Of a DNA stretch of 64,000 nt, positions 24,668 through 34,940 are shown piece by piece (within the stretch, counting starts at the first letter, position 1; each line of letters begins with the position of its first letter). The DNA lies in assembly GCA_902492015.1 (NCBI GenBank), contig CABUJR010000009.1, positions 32,344 to 96,343 on the forward strand. Reading direction: 5' to 3'. Position numbers and translations under genes: made by a program. The notes under the pieces are model-generated. The model saw only the letters and a program-made list of their open reading frames with translations, ran no database searches and was not told where the DNA came from. Source of the stretch: an uncultured Eubacteriales bacterium (GTDB taxonomy: Bacteria; Bacillota; Clostridia; TANB77; CAG-508).

Positions 24668-25083
24668 CTAAAATTATTCTTTGCATATTCTGTAATTTCT
24701 TTTATATTAAAAACACTTTTTTGAAATTTTTCCATCCAACTATGTATAGGAACTATCCATATATGAAAATGTTTAGAACGTTCTTCTTGTATTATTAGAA
24801 CTTCTTGTGAAATTTCTATTTTTTTTATTATTTCTATAGTTTTATTTAATATTTCAAAAATTTTGTTTCTCTCATTTGATGATAATTCATTCATGCTTTT
24901 TATATGTTTTTTTATTCCTAAAACCATAAAACCTTTTATTGGGATAACTGGATCTGCTGACACATTTATAAAACCATCATCATATACATATCCTCCTGGT
25001 GGAATTAATTTATGATTTGCAATATCACATCCTAAACACTCAAATTCAAACTCGTTTCCAAAAATATCTATATCTTTATGCAT
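24616..25083 (-). CDS. HIT (histidine triad) family nucleotide hydrolase/transferase; C-terminus altered by the 26-bp duplication
   Basis: The histidine triad is KHFHIWIVP. The present stop is created at the end of the second repeat copy. Confidence 0.7.
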   Translation of the reverse strand: MHKDIDIFGNEFEFECLGCDIANHKLIPPGGYVYDDGFINVSADPVIPIKGFMVLGIKKHIKSMNELSSNERNKIFEILNKTIEIIKKIEISQEVLIIQEERSKHFHIWIVPIHSWMEKFQKSVFNIKEITEYAKNNFSSNDKQELLAVMINKNY

Positions 25084-25101
25084 ATAATTTCCTTTCTATA
25101 T

Positions 25102-25668
25102 TTATAAATTAAATTTTTCTTTTATCATTTTAGCAACTTCTTCTGCCGATATATTTTCATTATTTATTTTTATGTAATTTTTAAATATTTTATCCCCTTC
25201 TCCTATATCTGAATTTAATTTATGTTTTGTCATAGAACGAAAAATATCATTTTGGCTCCACTCTAAATCTCGTTTAGATGCTTTATGTTTTAACCTATTT
25301 TCAGTCTTATTTCTTTCTAATCTTTTTTCTAATGAAGCTTCAAGTTCCACTACATAAGATTCTTCAAAAAGTTCCATCCAACTATCTGTTTCTGCTTTTT
25401 CAGTTTCAAAATCCCTTCCGAAGTCAAAACATCCTGTAAAAATAATTCCTTTTTCATTACTCTTAGAAAATTCTTTAAAAACTTCATATCTTATTAATTT
25501 GTTCATCTTATGGTATATACTTTTATCATAATCAAAAATTAATCTGACCATCTCTATTGTCATATGATTAAAAAACAGCTTGTAACCTGTAATTTTAGAA
25601 AGTTCTTGTCCAACAGTCATTTTTCCAACTGCTTGTGGACCAATTATTAAAACAAATTTAGGCATCAT
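25102..25668 (-). CDS. P-loop NTPase / small-molecule kinase-like protein
   Basis: Walker A is IIGPQAVGKMTVG. I moved the start to MMPKF because GAGGTGG lies directly upstream. It follows the upstream HD gene (stop at 25676) within a few nt. Confidence 0.55.
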   Translation of the reverse strand: MMPKFVLIIGPQAVGKMTVGQELSKITGYKLFFNHMTIEMVRLIFDYDKSIYHKMNKLIRYEVFKEFSKSNEKGIIFTGCFDFGRDFETEKAETDSWMELFEESYVVELEASLEKRLERNKTENRLKHKASKRDLEWSQNDIFRSMTKHKLNSDIGEGDKIFKNYIKINNENISAEEVAKMIKEKFNL

Positions 25669-25675
25669 ACCACCT

Positions 25676-26305
25676 CTAAATATCATATTTTTTTAAATCT
25701 TCAATATATTTTTTTATTGATTCATCATTTATTTCTTCTTTTTTTATATTACAATAATTCATTACTTGTTTTTCTATTCCTAAAGCACATTCTATTAGTG
25801 CATTTGCCTTTTCTTCATTTGACCATACAGATAGAGGTTTGTTTTTATATCTTACTTTACAATCTTCTAATCTTTCTTTAATATCTATAACCCCATCTAG
25901 TGCAACTCTTTGATCACAATATGCACATATTTTTCTCTCATAAGAATCTGAAGCTAAAGTTTCTGCATTTTTCCTTGACCTTTTTCCATCTAAAATAGTT
26001 ATTTCTTTTTCTGATAGCCCCTCCATTTTTCCTATTTCTAAATTAATTTCATGGTCATTTGTACCATATATATCAAAATATTGTTTCCTAATTCTAATAA
26101 ATTCTTTATCATCTGAAAAATCTTCTGGAATTTTTACCATATTTCCCATATCATGTAATAAACACACTCTTATTATTGCTTTTTTGTCAATTTCAGGTCC
26201 TATCCAATTATCTATTATCAAATTACTACATGCAGATACTCTAAGCATATGCATTTGAAGATTTTTTGGAAGATGATATTTTTTATAAATCTCTAATATA
26301 TTCAT
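25676..26305 (-). CDS. HD-domain phosphohydrolase
   Basis: H...LLHDMGNM motif. 209 aa. Confidence 0.65.
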   Translation of the reverse strand: MNILEIYKKYHLPKNLQMHMLRVSACSNLIIDNWIGPEIDKKAIIRVCLLHDMGNMVKIPEDFSDDKEFIRIRKQYFDIYGTNDHEINLEIGKMEGLSEKEITILDGKRSRKNAETLASDSYERKICAYCDQRVALDGVIDIKERLEDCKVRYKNKPLSVWSNEEKANALIECALGIEKQVMNYCNIKKEEINDESIKKYIEDLKKYDI

Positions 26306-26386
26306 AACTTATACCCCATATTTAATAAATTTTATTCTTTTATATTAAATTTATTTTTTATTTTACACTAACTTTTCTTTAATATT

Positions 26387-26863
26387 TTATTTTTCGTTCA
26401 ACTTTCCATATTCTATAAGATTATATTTAATAAGTGTATCTCCATCATATTCAAATTTTATAGTAAAAAAATTATCATCTTTTTGTAACTTTTCTACAAA
26501 AATTTTATCACCTTCCCATGTGTTTAATCTTAAAACTTCTTTTTTATCAATCCACTCTAAATCTCCTTCATCACATTCTATAATTTCACCATCGAAATCA
26601 TTTGATGTAAATAGAAACATGTATTCAGTTTCCCAAGTTTTTGATATATAACTTATAATACCTCTTAATTTATATGAATTCAATTTAAGCCCAGTTTCTT
26701 CTTTTACTTCTCTTATAATACATTCTTCAGGGCTTTCACCTTCTTCAAATTTTCCGCCAATTCCTAGCCATTTATTCTCATTTATATCATTTTTCTTTTT
26801 AGTTCTATGTAGCATTAAATATTTATTCTCTTTTTCTAGATAGCATAATGTGGATAATATCAT
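26387..26863 (-). CDS. NUDIX hydrolase (MutT-like)
   Basis: NUDIX box GGKFEEGESPEECIIREVKEETGL. Confidence 0.85.
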   Translation of the reverse strand: MILSTLCYLEKENKYLMLHRTKKKNDINENKWLGIGGKFEEGESPEECIIREVKEETGLKLNSYKLRGIISYISKTWETEYMFLFTSNDFDGEIIECDEGDLEWIDKKEVLRLNTWEGDKIFVEKLQKDDNFFTIKFEYDGDTLIKYNLIEYGKLNEK

Positions 26864-26925
26864 ATTATTTCTCCTATAATTTTAATTTGCAAAAATATAT
26901 TTATGTATTTTTCAAAATTAAAAAT

Positions 26926-27441
26926 TTATTTTTCGTTGTTTATAAGCTTTTTTATATCATCTCTTACATATTCCCATCTATTTCTCATAAACATATCATT
27001 TTTATAAATATCTTCTATTTCATCAAAAGTTGCAAATTTTATTTCAGAAACCTCTTCTTTTCTTAGTTTTACTTTATTTGTGTCAACATCTTGTTTTACT
27101 AAATATACATCTAGCCATAAATTTGGTAACTTATAACGTTGAATTTTTGTAGCACTATCTAAGTTCAAATTTATGCCTAATTCTTCATTTGCTTCTCTAT
27201 TTAAAGCTTCTAAGATTTCTTCTCCTTTTATTACAGAACCACCAACTGTCATTGACCATACATTAGGCTCTCTCTTTTTTTGAGGTGAGCGTTTTTGAAT
27301 TAATATTTTATTTTCACTATTTATAATCCATGCATCAACTCCTTGATGATAATTACCTTCTTGCCATGTTCTTTTATCTTCTTTTTCTAAAACTAATCCT
27401 GTAAAATTTCCTTTTTCATCCAATATATCCCATAATTCCAT
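26926..27441 (-). CDS. NUDIX hydrolase
   Basis: NUDIX box GGSVIKGEEILEALNREANEELGI. Confidence 0.8.
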   Translation of the reverse strand: MELWDILDEKGNFTGLVLEKEDKRTWQEGNYHQGVDAWIINSENKILIQKRSPQKKREPNVWSMTVGGSVIKGEEILEALNREANEELGINLNLDSATKIQRYKLPNLWLDVYLVKQDVDTNKVKLRKEEVSEIKFATFDEIEDIYKNDMFMRNRWEYVRDDIKKLINNEK

Positions 27442-27478
27442 GATTCATATCCTCTCATATCTTATTATTACAATTAAA

Positions 27479-28159
27479 TTAATTACTTAAGAATTCTTTT
27501 ACAAAATTTATATCTTCATAAGTAGTAATTTTTATATTTGTATAATCAGCTTCTATAATCTTTACATCATGATTATCTTTTTCAAGAAGCATACAATCAT
27601 CTGTTACATCTGAATTCTGATATTTTTCATGTGTGTCTAATAATACTTTCCTATTAAAAGCTTGTGGTGTTTGAATTATCCAAGTATTTGCTCTTTGAGT
27701 TGTATTTATTACAATATTATTTTCATCTGTTATTTTAATAGTATCTTTTGATTTTACTCCAACTGTAACACCTTTATAAGTTTCCAAGTTTTCAATGCAG
27801 CCAGTTATATATTCTTGCCTAATAACTGGTCTTGCACCATCATGAATAATTACTAAATCAGAATTAGCTTCTTTTATACAATTATAAACAGAATCTTTTC
27901 TTGTTTTTCCACCAACAACAAATTTTACGTTTTTATTTGATTTTTCTTTTAAAACTATATCTTTCACTTTTTCAAGTTCATCTTCTTTTGCTGCAACTAT
28001 TATGTTATCAATATAATCATTTTGGTCAAATGCATTTAAGCTGTATGATAATACTGTTTTACCATTTATGTTTTCAAAATTTTTATTTCTATTTTGACCA
28101 TATCTTGTACTATTACCTGCTACTAAAATTATTGCTGAAACTGTTTTTCCGTTTATCAT
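27479..28159 (-). CDS. ispD: 2-C-methyl-D-erythritol 4-phosphate cytidylyltransferase
   Basis: AIILVAGNSTRYG P-loop-like motif, VIIHDGARP and IIQTPQAF blocks. Start set at MINGKT because GGAGG lies 5 nt upstream, 14 nt after the ispE stop. Confidence 0.9.
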   Translation of the reverse strand: MINGKTVSAIILVAGNSTRYGQNRNKNFENINGKTVLSYSLNAFDQNDYIDNIIVAAKEDELEKVKDIVLKEKSNKNVKFVVGGKTRKDSVYNCIKEANSDLVIIHDGARPVIRQEYITGCIENLETYKGVTVGVKSKDTIKITDENNIVINTTQRANTWIIQTPQAFNRKVLLDTHEKYQNSDVTDDCMLLEKDNHDVKIIEADYTNIKITTYEDINFVKEFLSN

Positions 28160-28172
28160 ATTTTCCTCCAAA

Positions 28173-29027
28173 CTATAAATTACTAGATATTGCGAAATAT
28201 ATCTCATATTTATCTTTCAAATTTTTATATGCTTTTTTTATACCTTCTTTGGTATCAAAAATTCCATATATACAAGAACCTGAACCAGTCATTAAACTCC
28301 CACAAGCTCCTTCTTCCACTAATACATCTTTTATCTCATTTAAAATTGATTTATCTTCTATAGCCTCTTCAAAAACATTATACATATTTTTAGATAATAA
28401 ATTTATATCACTATTTTCTAAAGCTTTAATTATTTCTTTACTAGTACTTTTTTGAATTATAGAATTTCTTTCATCAATTTTTTTATACATTTCTTTTGTA
28501 CTGCAAGACATATTTGGTTTTATTATTAAGATATAATATTTAAAATTAGTATCAATTTTAGTTACTATATCTCCAATTCCTTCTGCTAATATTGCTTTAT
28601 CATATAAACATGGAACAACATCAGCTCCAAGATTTTTAGCTATACTTTCAATCTTCTCTTTAGATAAATTCAAATTAAATAATTTATTAATTCCTAAAAT
28701 AAAACTTGCACAATCTGTACTTCCGCCACCTAATCCAGCTTTCATAGGAATTTTTTTATTTAAAACAACTTTAATTCCAGAAACATTTTTATATTTACTT
28801 TTTAAGCTTTCATACGCTTTATAAATAATATTATCTTTATTGTTTAATTCTTCAAAATTTGTTTCTAAAATAAATTCATCTGTTTTTAATTTGTATATGT
28901 AAAGTTCATCATATAAAGAAATCTTTTGAAAAACAGAATTTATATTATGGTAATTATCTGGTCGTTTTTCTGTTATTTCTAAATTTAAATTAATTTTTGC
29001 CCTTGGTTTTAAATATATTTTTTCCAC
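28173..29027 (-). CDS. ispE: 4-diphosphocytidyl-2-C-methyl-D-erythritol kinase
   Basis: GHMP kinase motif IPMKAGLGGGSTDCA, a KINLNL N-terminus and MTGSGSC. Confidence 0.9.
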   Translation of the reverse strand: MEKIYLKPRAKINLNLEITEKRPDNYHNINSVFQKISLYDELYIYKLKTDEFILETNFEELNNKDNIIYKAYESLKSKYKNVSGIKVVLNKKIPMKAGLGGGSTDCASFILGINKLFNLNLSKEKIESIAKNLGADVVPCLYDKAILAEGIGDIVTKIDTNFKYYILIIKPNMSCSTKEMYKKIDERNSIIQKSTSKEIIKALENSDINLLSKNMYNVFEEAIEDKSILNEIKDVLVEEGACGSLMTGSGSCIYGIFDTKEGIKKAYKNLKDKYEIYFAISSNL

Positions 29028-29043
29028 AATTTACTCCTACTAA

Positions 29044-29508
29044 TTATTCTACTGTTAAACATGTAAAAACACTTATTCCATTTCCTTTTCCAAATTCAGT
29101 TAATCCCTCGCCAGAAGTTGCAGTTATGCCTATACAATTTTCATCTATATTTAATACTCTTGCAATATTTTTTCTCATTTCTTCTATTTTAGGTGTTATT
29201 TTCGGAACCTTACATTCTATTGAAATTGATAAATGAACTATTTTTTCTTTTAAATACCTTAAAGCTTCTATTAAATATGCTTCACTATCTACAATTCCAC
29301 TTTGACACATTTGGTCAGATATTTTTCCTAAAATATTTTTACAAGTTATTCCAGAAATAGCATTTGTTATTGCATGAAATACTACATCTCCATCACTATT
29401 TGCAAGAATTGAAAAATCCTCTTCAAATTCCACTCCTGCAAGTATTAATTTTTTTTCTTTGTTATTATAATCAATTCTATGACTATCTTGTCCTATTGCT
29501 ACTTTCAT
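29044..29508 (-). CDS. ispF: 2-C-methyl-D-erythritol 2,4-cyclodiphosphate synthase
   Basis: IGQDSHR, SDGDVVFHAITNA and TATSGEGLTEFG blocks. 154 aa. Confidence 0.9.
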   Translation of the reverse strand: MKVAIGQDSHRIDYNNKEKKLILAGVEFEEDFSILANSDGDVVFHAITNAISGITCKNILGKISDQMCQSGIVDSEAYLIEALRYLKEKIVHLSISIECKVPKITPKIEEMRKNIARVLNIDENCIGITATSGEGLTEFGKGNGISVFTCLTVE

Positions 29509-29625
29509 AAATTTCTCCTATTTTTATAATTTATTTTATTAATTTTATAAAGTCTATCATAAATTGGCAAAAAAATAAAGCATATTATATCACAATACAC
29601 TTTATTTCTTAATTTTCAATTATAA

Positions 29626-30072
29626 TTAATTTTTATTTTCATATTTATCTTTTAAAAAACTCTTTAATTCCACTTCATCTGAAAATATTTTATCAAAAAT
29701 TAAATACAAAGAGTCTGTTACATCATATTCACCAATAGCATAACATTTTTTACCTTGTCCATAAGCAACTCCAGACTCAATATGTGCAGACTTTCCTGCT
29801 GGTAAAACTAATAATAAATTTTTAGCATTTTCTAATCCTTCCATATCATGTTTAAAAATTGTTTTAACAGTATCACCATATAAATCCAACTTTTCAAAAG
29901 TATCTGCTAATTTTTTATCATGTAAATTGAGACCCGCCTCAGCATGTGATACTTCATTTTTTAAAAAGCAATAATGAGAAATCTTAAATTCATCAAATAT
30001 ATCACAAATTTTTAATATTTTTTCTCTATTTCTAGTTCTTCCTGCAATAAAAAATTCATATTTCTTTTCCAT
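29626..30072 (-). CDS. Nucleoside 2-deoxyribosyltransferase-like / Rcl-like Rossmann protein (tentative)
   Basis: FFIAGR at the N-terminus and LLLVLPAGKSAHIESGVAYGQGKK resemble the NDT/Rcl fold. The start abuts the stop of the upstream NUDIX gene. Confidence 0.4.
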   Translation of the reverse strand: MEKKYEFFIAGRTRNREKILKICDIFDEFKISHYCFLKNEVSHAEAGLNLHDKKLADTFEKLDLYGDTVKTIFKHDMEGLENAKNLLLVLPAGKSAHIESGVAYGQGKKCYAIGEYDVTDSLYLIFDKIFSDEVELKSFLKDKYENKN

Positions 30073-30558
30073 TTATTTTTCCTCCATTTTATAATTTACA
30101 CCTAAAACATTTTCATCATCATCTACTTGTATATGAATTTTAAAATTATATTTATCATTGATTAAACTTTTGATAAAAAAATTATTTAAAAGTATTATGC
30201 TAGATAATAGTTTTTCTTTGTTTAATAATTCTTTTATTTCTATCATCTCAGAAGTATTTGTTTCAAACTCTTTCAATTCACCATGATATTCATTACAAAT
30301 AAATACTTTTAAATCAAATATTCTATCTGGATATTCAACAAGCATATTACCTTTATATTTTAGATTTTCTATTTCAAGTCCAGTTTCTTCTCTTATTTCT
30401 CTTATAACCGCTTGTTCAGGTGTTTCACCATCTTCTATTTTTCCACCTGGTATTTCATAATATCCAGCTTTTCTATTTTCTTCTTTATATTTTGTCACTA
30501 CTACTTTATTATCTTTAATTAAATAACATCTAACTGCTTTTCTTATTGGCTTATTCAT
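30073..30558 (-). CDS. NUDIX hydrolase
   Basis: NUDIX box GGKIEDGETPEQAVIREIREETGL. Confidence 0.85.
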   Translation of the reverse strand: MNKPIRKAVRCYLIKDNKVVVTKYKEENRKAGYYEIPGGKIEDGETPEQAVIREIREETGLEIENLKYKGNMLVEYPDRIFDLKVFICNEYHGELKEFETNTSEMIEIKELLNKEKLLSSIILLNNFFIKSLINDKYNFKIHIQVDDDENVLGVNYKMEEK

Positions 30559-30584
30559 GGCTTGACCTCCTACTCGAACTATAA

Positions 30585-31139
30585 TTAATATAAATAACCT
30601 ACTATATCTTCAAATGTATCATATCCACTTTCAGTATTTATGTGCCCAGCATTTGGTATTAAAATTTGCTCTGTTGCAATTTTATCTGCAAAATCTTTTT
30701 CTGCTTCATATTTTACATATGGATCATTATCTGAGTAAAAACAAATTATTTCATTAGCATAATTTTTTATATCTTCTAAATTATCAAAATACATCGTTCT
30801 GTTTACTGTATCATATTCTTCATTTATTCCTAAATAATTATTAAATCCACATACAAATATCAATTTTTTAACTTTAATTTTATTTTCAACTAAAAATTTT
30901 GAAATAAACACAGGTGCAATACTATGTCCTATAATTGTAGTATTTTCATTTATCAAACCTATATCTAAATAATGATTTAATAATCTGCTCCAATTATCAT
31001 AATTTTGATATTTCACTCCAATTGGAAAATCTGGTACATAAACTTCTTTTTCTTCAGCTTCTATAAAATCATGTAACCAAGGAATCCAATTTGAATATGG
31101 ACTACTAAATGAACCATGTATTATAAAATAATTTTCCAT
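30585..31139 (-). CDS. Alpha/beta serine hydrolase (YdeN/RBBP9-like)
   Basis: IIHGSFSSP, GHSIA nucleophile elbow and a late GH. 184 aa. Confidence 0.6.
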   Translation of the reverse strand: MENYFIIHGSFSSPYSNWIPWLHDFIEAEEKEVYVPDFPIGVKYQNYDNWSRLLNHYLDIGLINENTTIIGHSIAPVFISKFLVENKIKVKKLIFVCGFNNYLGINEEYDTVNRTMYFDNLEDIKNYANEIICFYSDNDPYVKYEAEKDFADKIATEQILIPNAGHINTESGYDTFEDIVGYLY

Positions 31140-31178
31140 TTAAATTTCCTCCTATTATTTTTATATTTTCTTTATTAA

Positions 31179-31835
31179 CTATTCAATTTCAATACTTTCA
31201 TCATTTTCTAGTATCTCATATTCTACTTCATTTTTTTCAAACATCTCTTTAATAAAATCGAAGTTTGGAGGAAATTTCGGATTATCCATATGAACTGGTA
31301 TTGTTAAAGTAGCACCTATTTCTTTTGCATATAAAGATGCTTCAAATGCTGACATAGTTAAACCACAACCAGTTACTGGTATGCACAATATATCTGCTTT
31401 ATAATTATTCTTAAAACATATTGTATCACTAGTAGTATATAATCTATTTTCTCCATCATCTATTATATATCCTACATTTTCGTGTATCTCTCCTGCACCT
31501 TTTAATAATGGCTGGTATCCATGTACTGCATGTACTACTTCAATTTTTATATCCCTTAATTCAATAATATCATTTTCTTTAATAATATTTATATTTAATG
31601 TTTTATTTGCCTCTTGTACTTCTTTAGTTGAATATATTGTTATATTTTTATTTAAATTTTCTAAAACTTCTGTGTTACAATGGTCTGCATGTTTATGAGT
31701 TATTAAAATAATATCCGTTTCCTTCCATATGTTAAAATACTCTTCTTTGTATTTCAATGTACCTGGGTCTATTAATACCTTTTTTCCTTTCATTTCAATT
31801 AATAAACATGATTGTGGAAATTTTGTAATTTTCAT
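31179..31835 (-). CDS. MBL-fold metallo-hydrolase
   Basis: ITHKHADH (HxHxDH) motif plus later His residues. Confidence 0.75.
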   Translation of the reverse strand: MKITKFPQSCLLIEMKGKKVLIDPGTLKYKEEYFNIWKETDIILITHKHADHCNTEVLENLNKNITIYSTKEVQEANKTLNINIIKENDIIELRDIKIEVVHAVHGYQPLLKGAGEIHENVGYIIDDGENRLYTTSDTICFKNNYKADILCIPVTGCGLTMSAFEASLYAKEIGATLTIPVHMDNPKFPPNFDFIKEMFEKNEVEYEILENDESIEIE

Positions 31836-31892
31836 AATTAATCAAACACCTTTCTTTCTATATATTTTTTATAACATAATAACAAACTTATA

Positions 31893-32432
31893 TTACTTAT
31901 TTCTTAAATTAAACTTATTTATCATATCTTTTGTAGCAAACCCATCAGGAGATTTTACTTTTTCTAAAAATACAATTCCATCTAAATGATCACATTCATG
32001 TTGTATATCTCTTGCTGTAAATCCATTTACTTTTTTTACTATTTTTTCTCCATTCTCATTATAATATGTTACTTCAATACTCTTATATCTTTCTACTTTT
32101 CCTCTAATAGATGGAACACTCAAACAGCCTTCATATTCAATATTTGTTTCATCTGATATTTTTTTCCATGTTGGATTTATCATTACAGTAATTGGAACTT
32201 CTTCACACTCTTGATATGTACATTTTTCTTTATCAACTTTAATAACTACTATTCTTCTATCTATTCCCACTTGTGGTGCTGCAATTCCAAATCCTTCTGT
32301 AAAATTTAATGTTTCTTTCAAATCTTCAATTTCTTCTAATATCTCTTCATTAATGTTATTTATATTAACTTCTTTGCAATTAATAGACAAAATTGGATCA
32401 CCAACTTCTCTTATTTTTAATACTTTTCCCAT
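31893..32432 (-). CDS. def: Peptide deformylase
   Basis: The three canonical motifs are present: GIAAPQVG, EGCLSVP and HECDHLDG. Confidence 0.93.
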   Translation of the reverse strand: MGKVLKIREVGDPILSINCKEVNINNINEEILEEIEDLKETLNFTEGFGIAAPQVGIDRRIVVIKVDKEKCTYQECEEVPITVMINPTWKKISDETNIEYEGCLSVPSIRGKVERYKSIEVTYYNENGEKIVKKVNGFTARDIQHECDHLDGIVFLEKVKSPDGFATKDMINKFNLRNK

Positions 32433-32448
32433 TTATTTACTCCTTGTT

Positions 32449-33348
32449 CTACTCTGCTTGTTTGATAATTTCTTTTCTTAACCAAACTTCTTCACATTCA
32501 AAATAATATTCTTTCATTTTTCCATCTAATAATTTTTGTATTGTCTGTAAAATTGAATAACTTGAAGCTATAATATAACTTTTACCTTCTTCTAAACATA
32601 TTAGATTTAATATCCATTCATCTTCATATTGATTTAATGTATTAAATATTAATTCTTTATTACTCAAAATTTTATTCTTATTCCATAATGTTAATTGTGA
32701 AAAAACACTTGGTAACTTTTCACTTACAACTCCTATTTTAGTATCATTTTCTAAAGCTTTTTTTACGTCTTTTTCTATAATTTTCTGACAATCTAAAAAG
32801 TATTTGCTTGCATAGCTTTCTCCGTTTTCAATTATTTTTTCTAATTTTTTATATGCTATTTTATCCCTATTAGTTGTTATCTTTGCTTTAAAATTTAATG
32901 TATTATCTAAAATTGCTGACATCATTAAATAAGCAATATCTTTTGTTATTTTATCCTGCAGATTTTCTTTTTCATATAATTCAAAAATTGTTGTTACTAC
33001 TGCACCTACAAATTCTATTTTTGAATTATCTCCTAATCTGTTTTTCCAATAATCTTCAAATCCAGTATGATGATCTATTATTTCAATAATTTTATTTTCT
33101 TTTACAATATTATCAAAAAAATTCTTATCTGATACATCAACTATAATAAACTCATCATTATCTGTTGGTATATAATTATCTAGTTTTGTTGATAATCTCA
33201 ATAAATTCTCAGTTATACTTTCATTTAAATTTGCTGTACTAATAGCCTTACTATCTTCTCCTTTTAATTTTAGTAAATTACTATATGCTATACACCCTGC
33301 ATAGGCATCAATATCTATATATCTAGATCCAGATGTTACAACTTTCAT
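32449..33348 (-). CDS. DHH family phosphoesterase
   Basis: DIDAYAG (DxD) and IIDHHTG (DHH) motifs. 299 aa. Confidence 0.65.
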   Translation of the reverse strand: MKVVTSGSRYIDIDAYAGCIAYSNLLKLKGEDSKAISTANLNESITENLLRLSTKLDNYIPTDNDEFIIVDVSDKNFFDNIVKENKIIEIIDHHTGFEDYWKNRLGDNSKIEFVGAVVTTIFELYEKENLQDKITKDIAYLMMSAILDNTLNFKAKITTNRDKIAYKKLEKIIENGESYASKYFLDCQKIIEKDVKKALENDTKIGVVSEKLPSVFSQLTLWNKNKILSNKELIFNTLNQYEDEWILNLICLEEGKSYIIASSYSILQTIQKLLDGKMKEYYFECEEVWLRKEIIKQAE

Positions 33349-33452
33349 AAAAATTCCCCTTATTATATTCTTTTAAAACAACTTAAATATATTGTGCGTA
33401 TTATTTTCTTTAAAGTATTAGTTATTTGATTTCTAAATAGATTATCTTTTTA

Positions 33453-34196
33453 TTAATAATTAATAGCTTCTTTTATTAATTCTCTTAAATATGGTCTTTT
33501 ATAATTATGTAAATTATCTAATTCTTTCAACGCATTTTCTCTTTTTAAAAAGATTAATTTATTAAATTCTACTTCTAAATTATTTTTAAGTAAATATTCT
33601 TTATATTCTTCAAACTCTCTATTTAATTTATCTTTAGTTTGATTTATCTTACCAATTGCTATAAAGCCATACGCATTTCTTGTTTCATTTGGATATTCTA
33701 TAAATTCTATTTTATAATCTATATCTTTTAAATTTAAGTTTAATTCTTCTTTTAGTTCTCTCTTAATATTAGATTCAATATTTATTACTCCATTTTCATC
33801 GATATCTGCAACATCTATGCCTCCTCCTGATATCTGTAAACCATATGGTATTGAAGTTGTAGAATCCATTTCCCCTACAACAAAATAATTGTCTTTTGTT
33901 AACAATAAAATTCCTCCCCAAGGTGAACAACATCTATATTTTTCTTGTTGAATTCCAACTCTCTCATCATACAAATAATGAGAATAATCTGATTTAACAG
34001 CTAACATTTCAATAGTATTTTCTGTTTCCATTATTTTTTCTATAACATATTCCTGTCCATTATATAAATTTGGATTTTCTTTTACAGTTTCTTTCCAAAA
34101 TTTTGATATGTTTTCTTTAAGTTCGTTTGGCAAATTGATTTTCCTATCTTCGAATTTTAATGTAATAGCTTTATCTAATCTTACAATTCTACTCAT
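33453..34196 (-). CDS. Divergent NUDIX-like protein
   Basis: GGGIDV...IKRELKEELNL matches only the REUxEExGU half of the NUDIX box. Confidence 0.45.
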   Translation of the reverse strand: MSRIVRLDKAITLKFEDRKINLPNELKENISKFWKETVKENPNLYNGQEYVIEKIMETENTIEMLAVKSDYSHYLYDERVGIQQEKYRCCSPWGGILLLTKDNYFVVGEMDSTTSIPYGLQISGGGIDVADIDENGVINIESNIKRELKEELNLNLKDIDYKIEFIEYPNETRNAYGFIAIGKINQTKDKLNREFEEYKEYLLKNNLEVEFNKLIFLKRENALKELDNLHNYKRPYLRELIKEAINY

Positions 34197-34259
34197 TTTA
34201 CCTCCTATACACTTTTTAATATATTTTATTATGTAAATTCAGAACGTAATTATAAGACT

Positions 34260-34841
34260 TTACACAATTGCTTGCTCTTTTATAAATCTATATATTTCAC
34301 CCCAATTACTAACTTCTTTTAAATATTCATTCTGTTCTAATTTTTTCATTTCTTTATCTCTAAAATATATAGTTTTTACTCCATTCTCTGATAATTTTTT
34401 ACAAACATCATAAGAATCATCTATCATAATATCTATATTTTCTTTTAATGCAACTTCTAATTTATCATTTTGTTTCCAATAATATTTATTGAATATAATT
34501 CCTTCTTCTTCAAACTTTTCCATTGCAACATCTTTCATTTCTTCTACCATTCCACCTCTTGCTGATATTACAATAAGTTCATATCCTTCTTTTTGTAGCA
34601 TATTAACTACATCCTTTGCTCCTGGTATTAATGATGTTTGCTTAGATAATTTCAAAAAATATTTATTAACAAAATTCATTTTTTCTTGCTCAGTCCAGTC
34701 ATATCTATTTTGTACATGAAGTTCATTTCTGTTAATAACTCCTCTTTTTTTGAGTTCTATAAAATCATATAGTTCTCCATAAGTTTTCAATACTCTTTCA
34801 TAATCTAATATTACTCCATCTACATCTATTCCTATTTTCAT
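34260..34841 (-). CDS. HAD-superfamily hydrolase (nucleotidase-like)
   Basis: Begins with the IGIDVDGVI DxD motif. Also has VISARG and MIDDS motifs. Confidence 0.6.
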   Translation of the reverse strand: MKIGIDVDGVILDYERVLKTYGELYDFIELKKRGVINRNELHVQNRYDWTEQEKMNFVNKYFLKLSKQTSLIPGAKDVVNMLQKEGYELIVISARGGMVEEMKDVAMEKFEEEGIIFNKYYWKQNDKLEVALKENIDIMIDDSYDVCKKLSENGVKTIYFRDKEMKKLEQNEYLKEVSNWGEIYRFIKEQAIV

Positions 34842-34940
34842 AATCTCATACCTCTAATTTTTTCTTATACTTACACTACACTTATTTTATAAAAATTTGT
34901 GCTTTTTTCTATGCTTGTAGAAATTTGATTCTATTATTTC

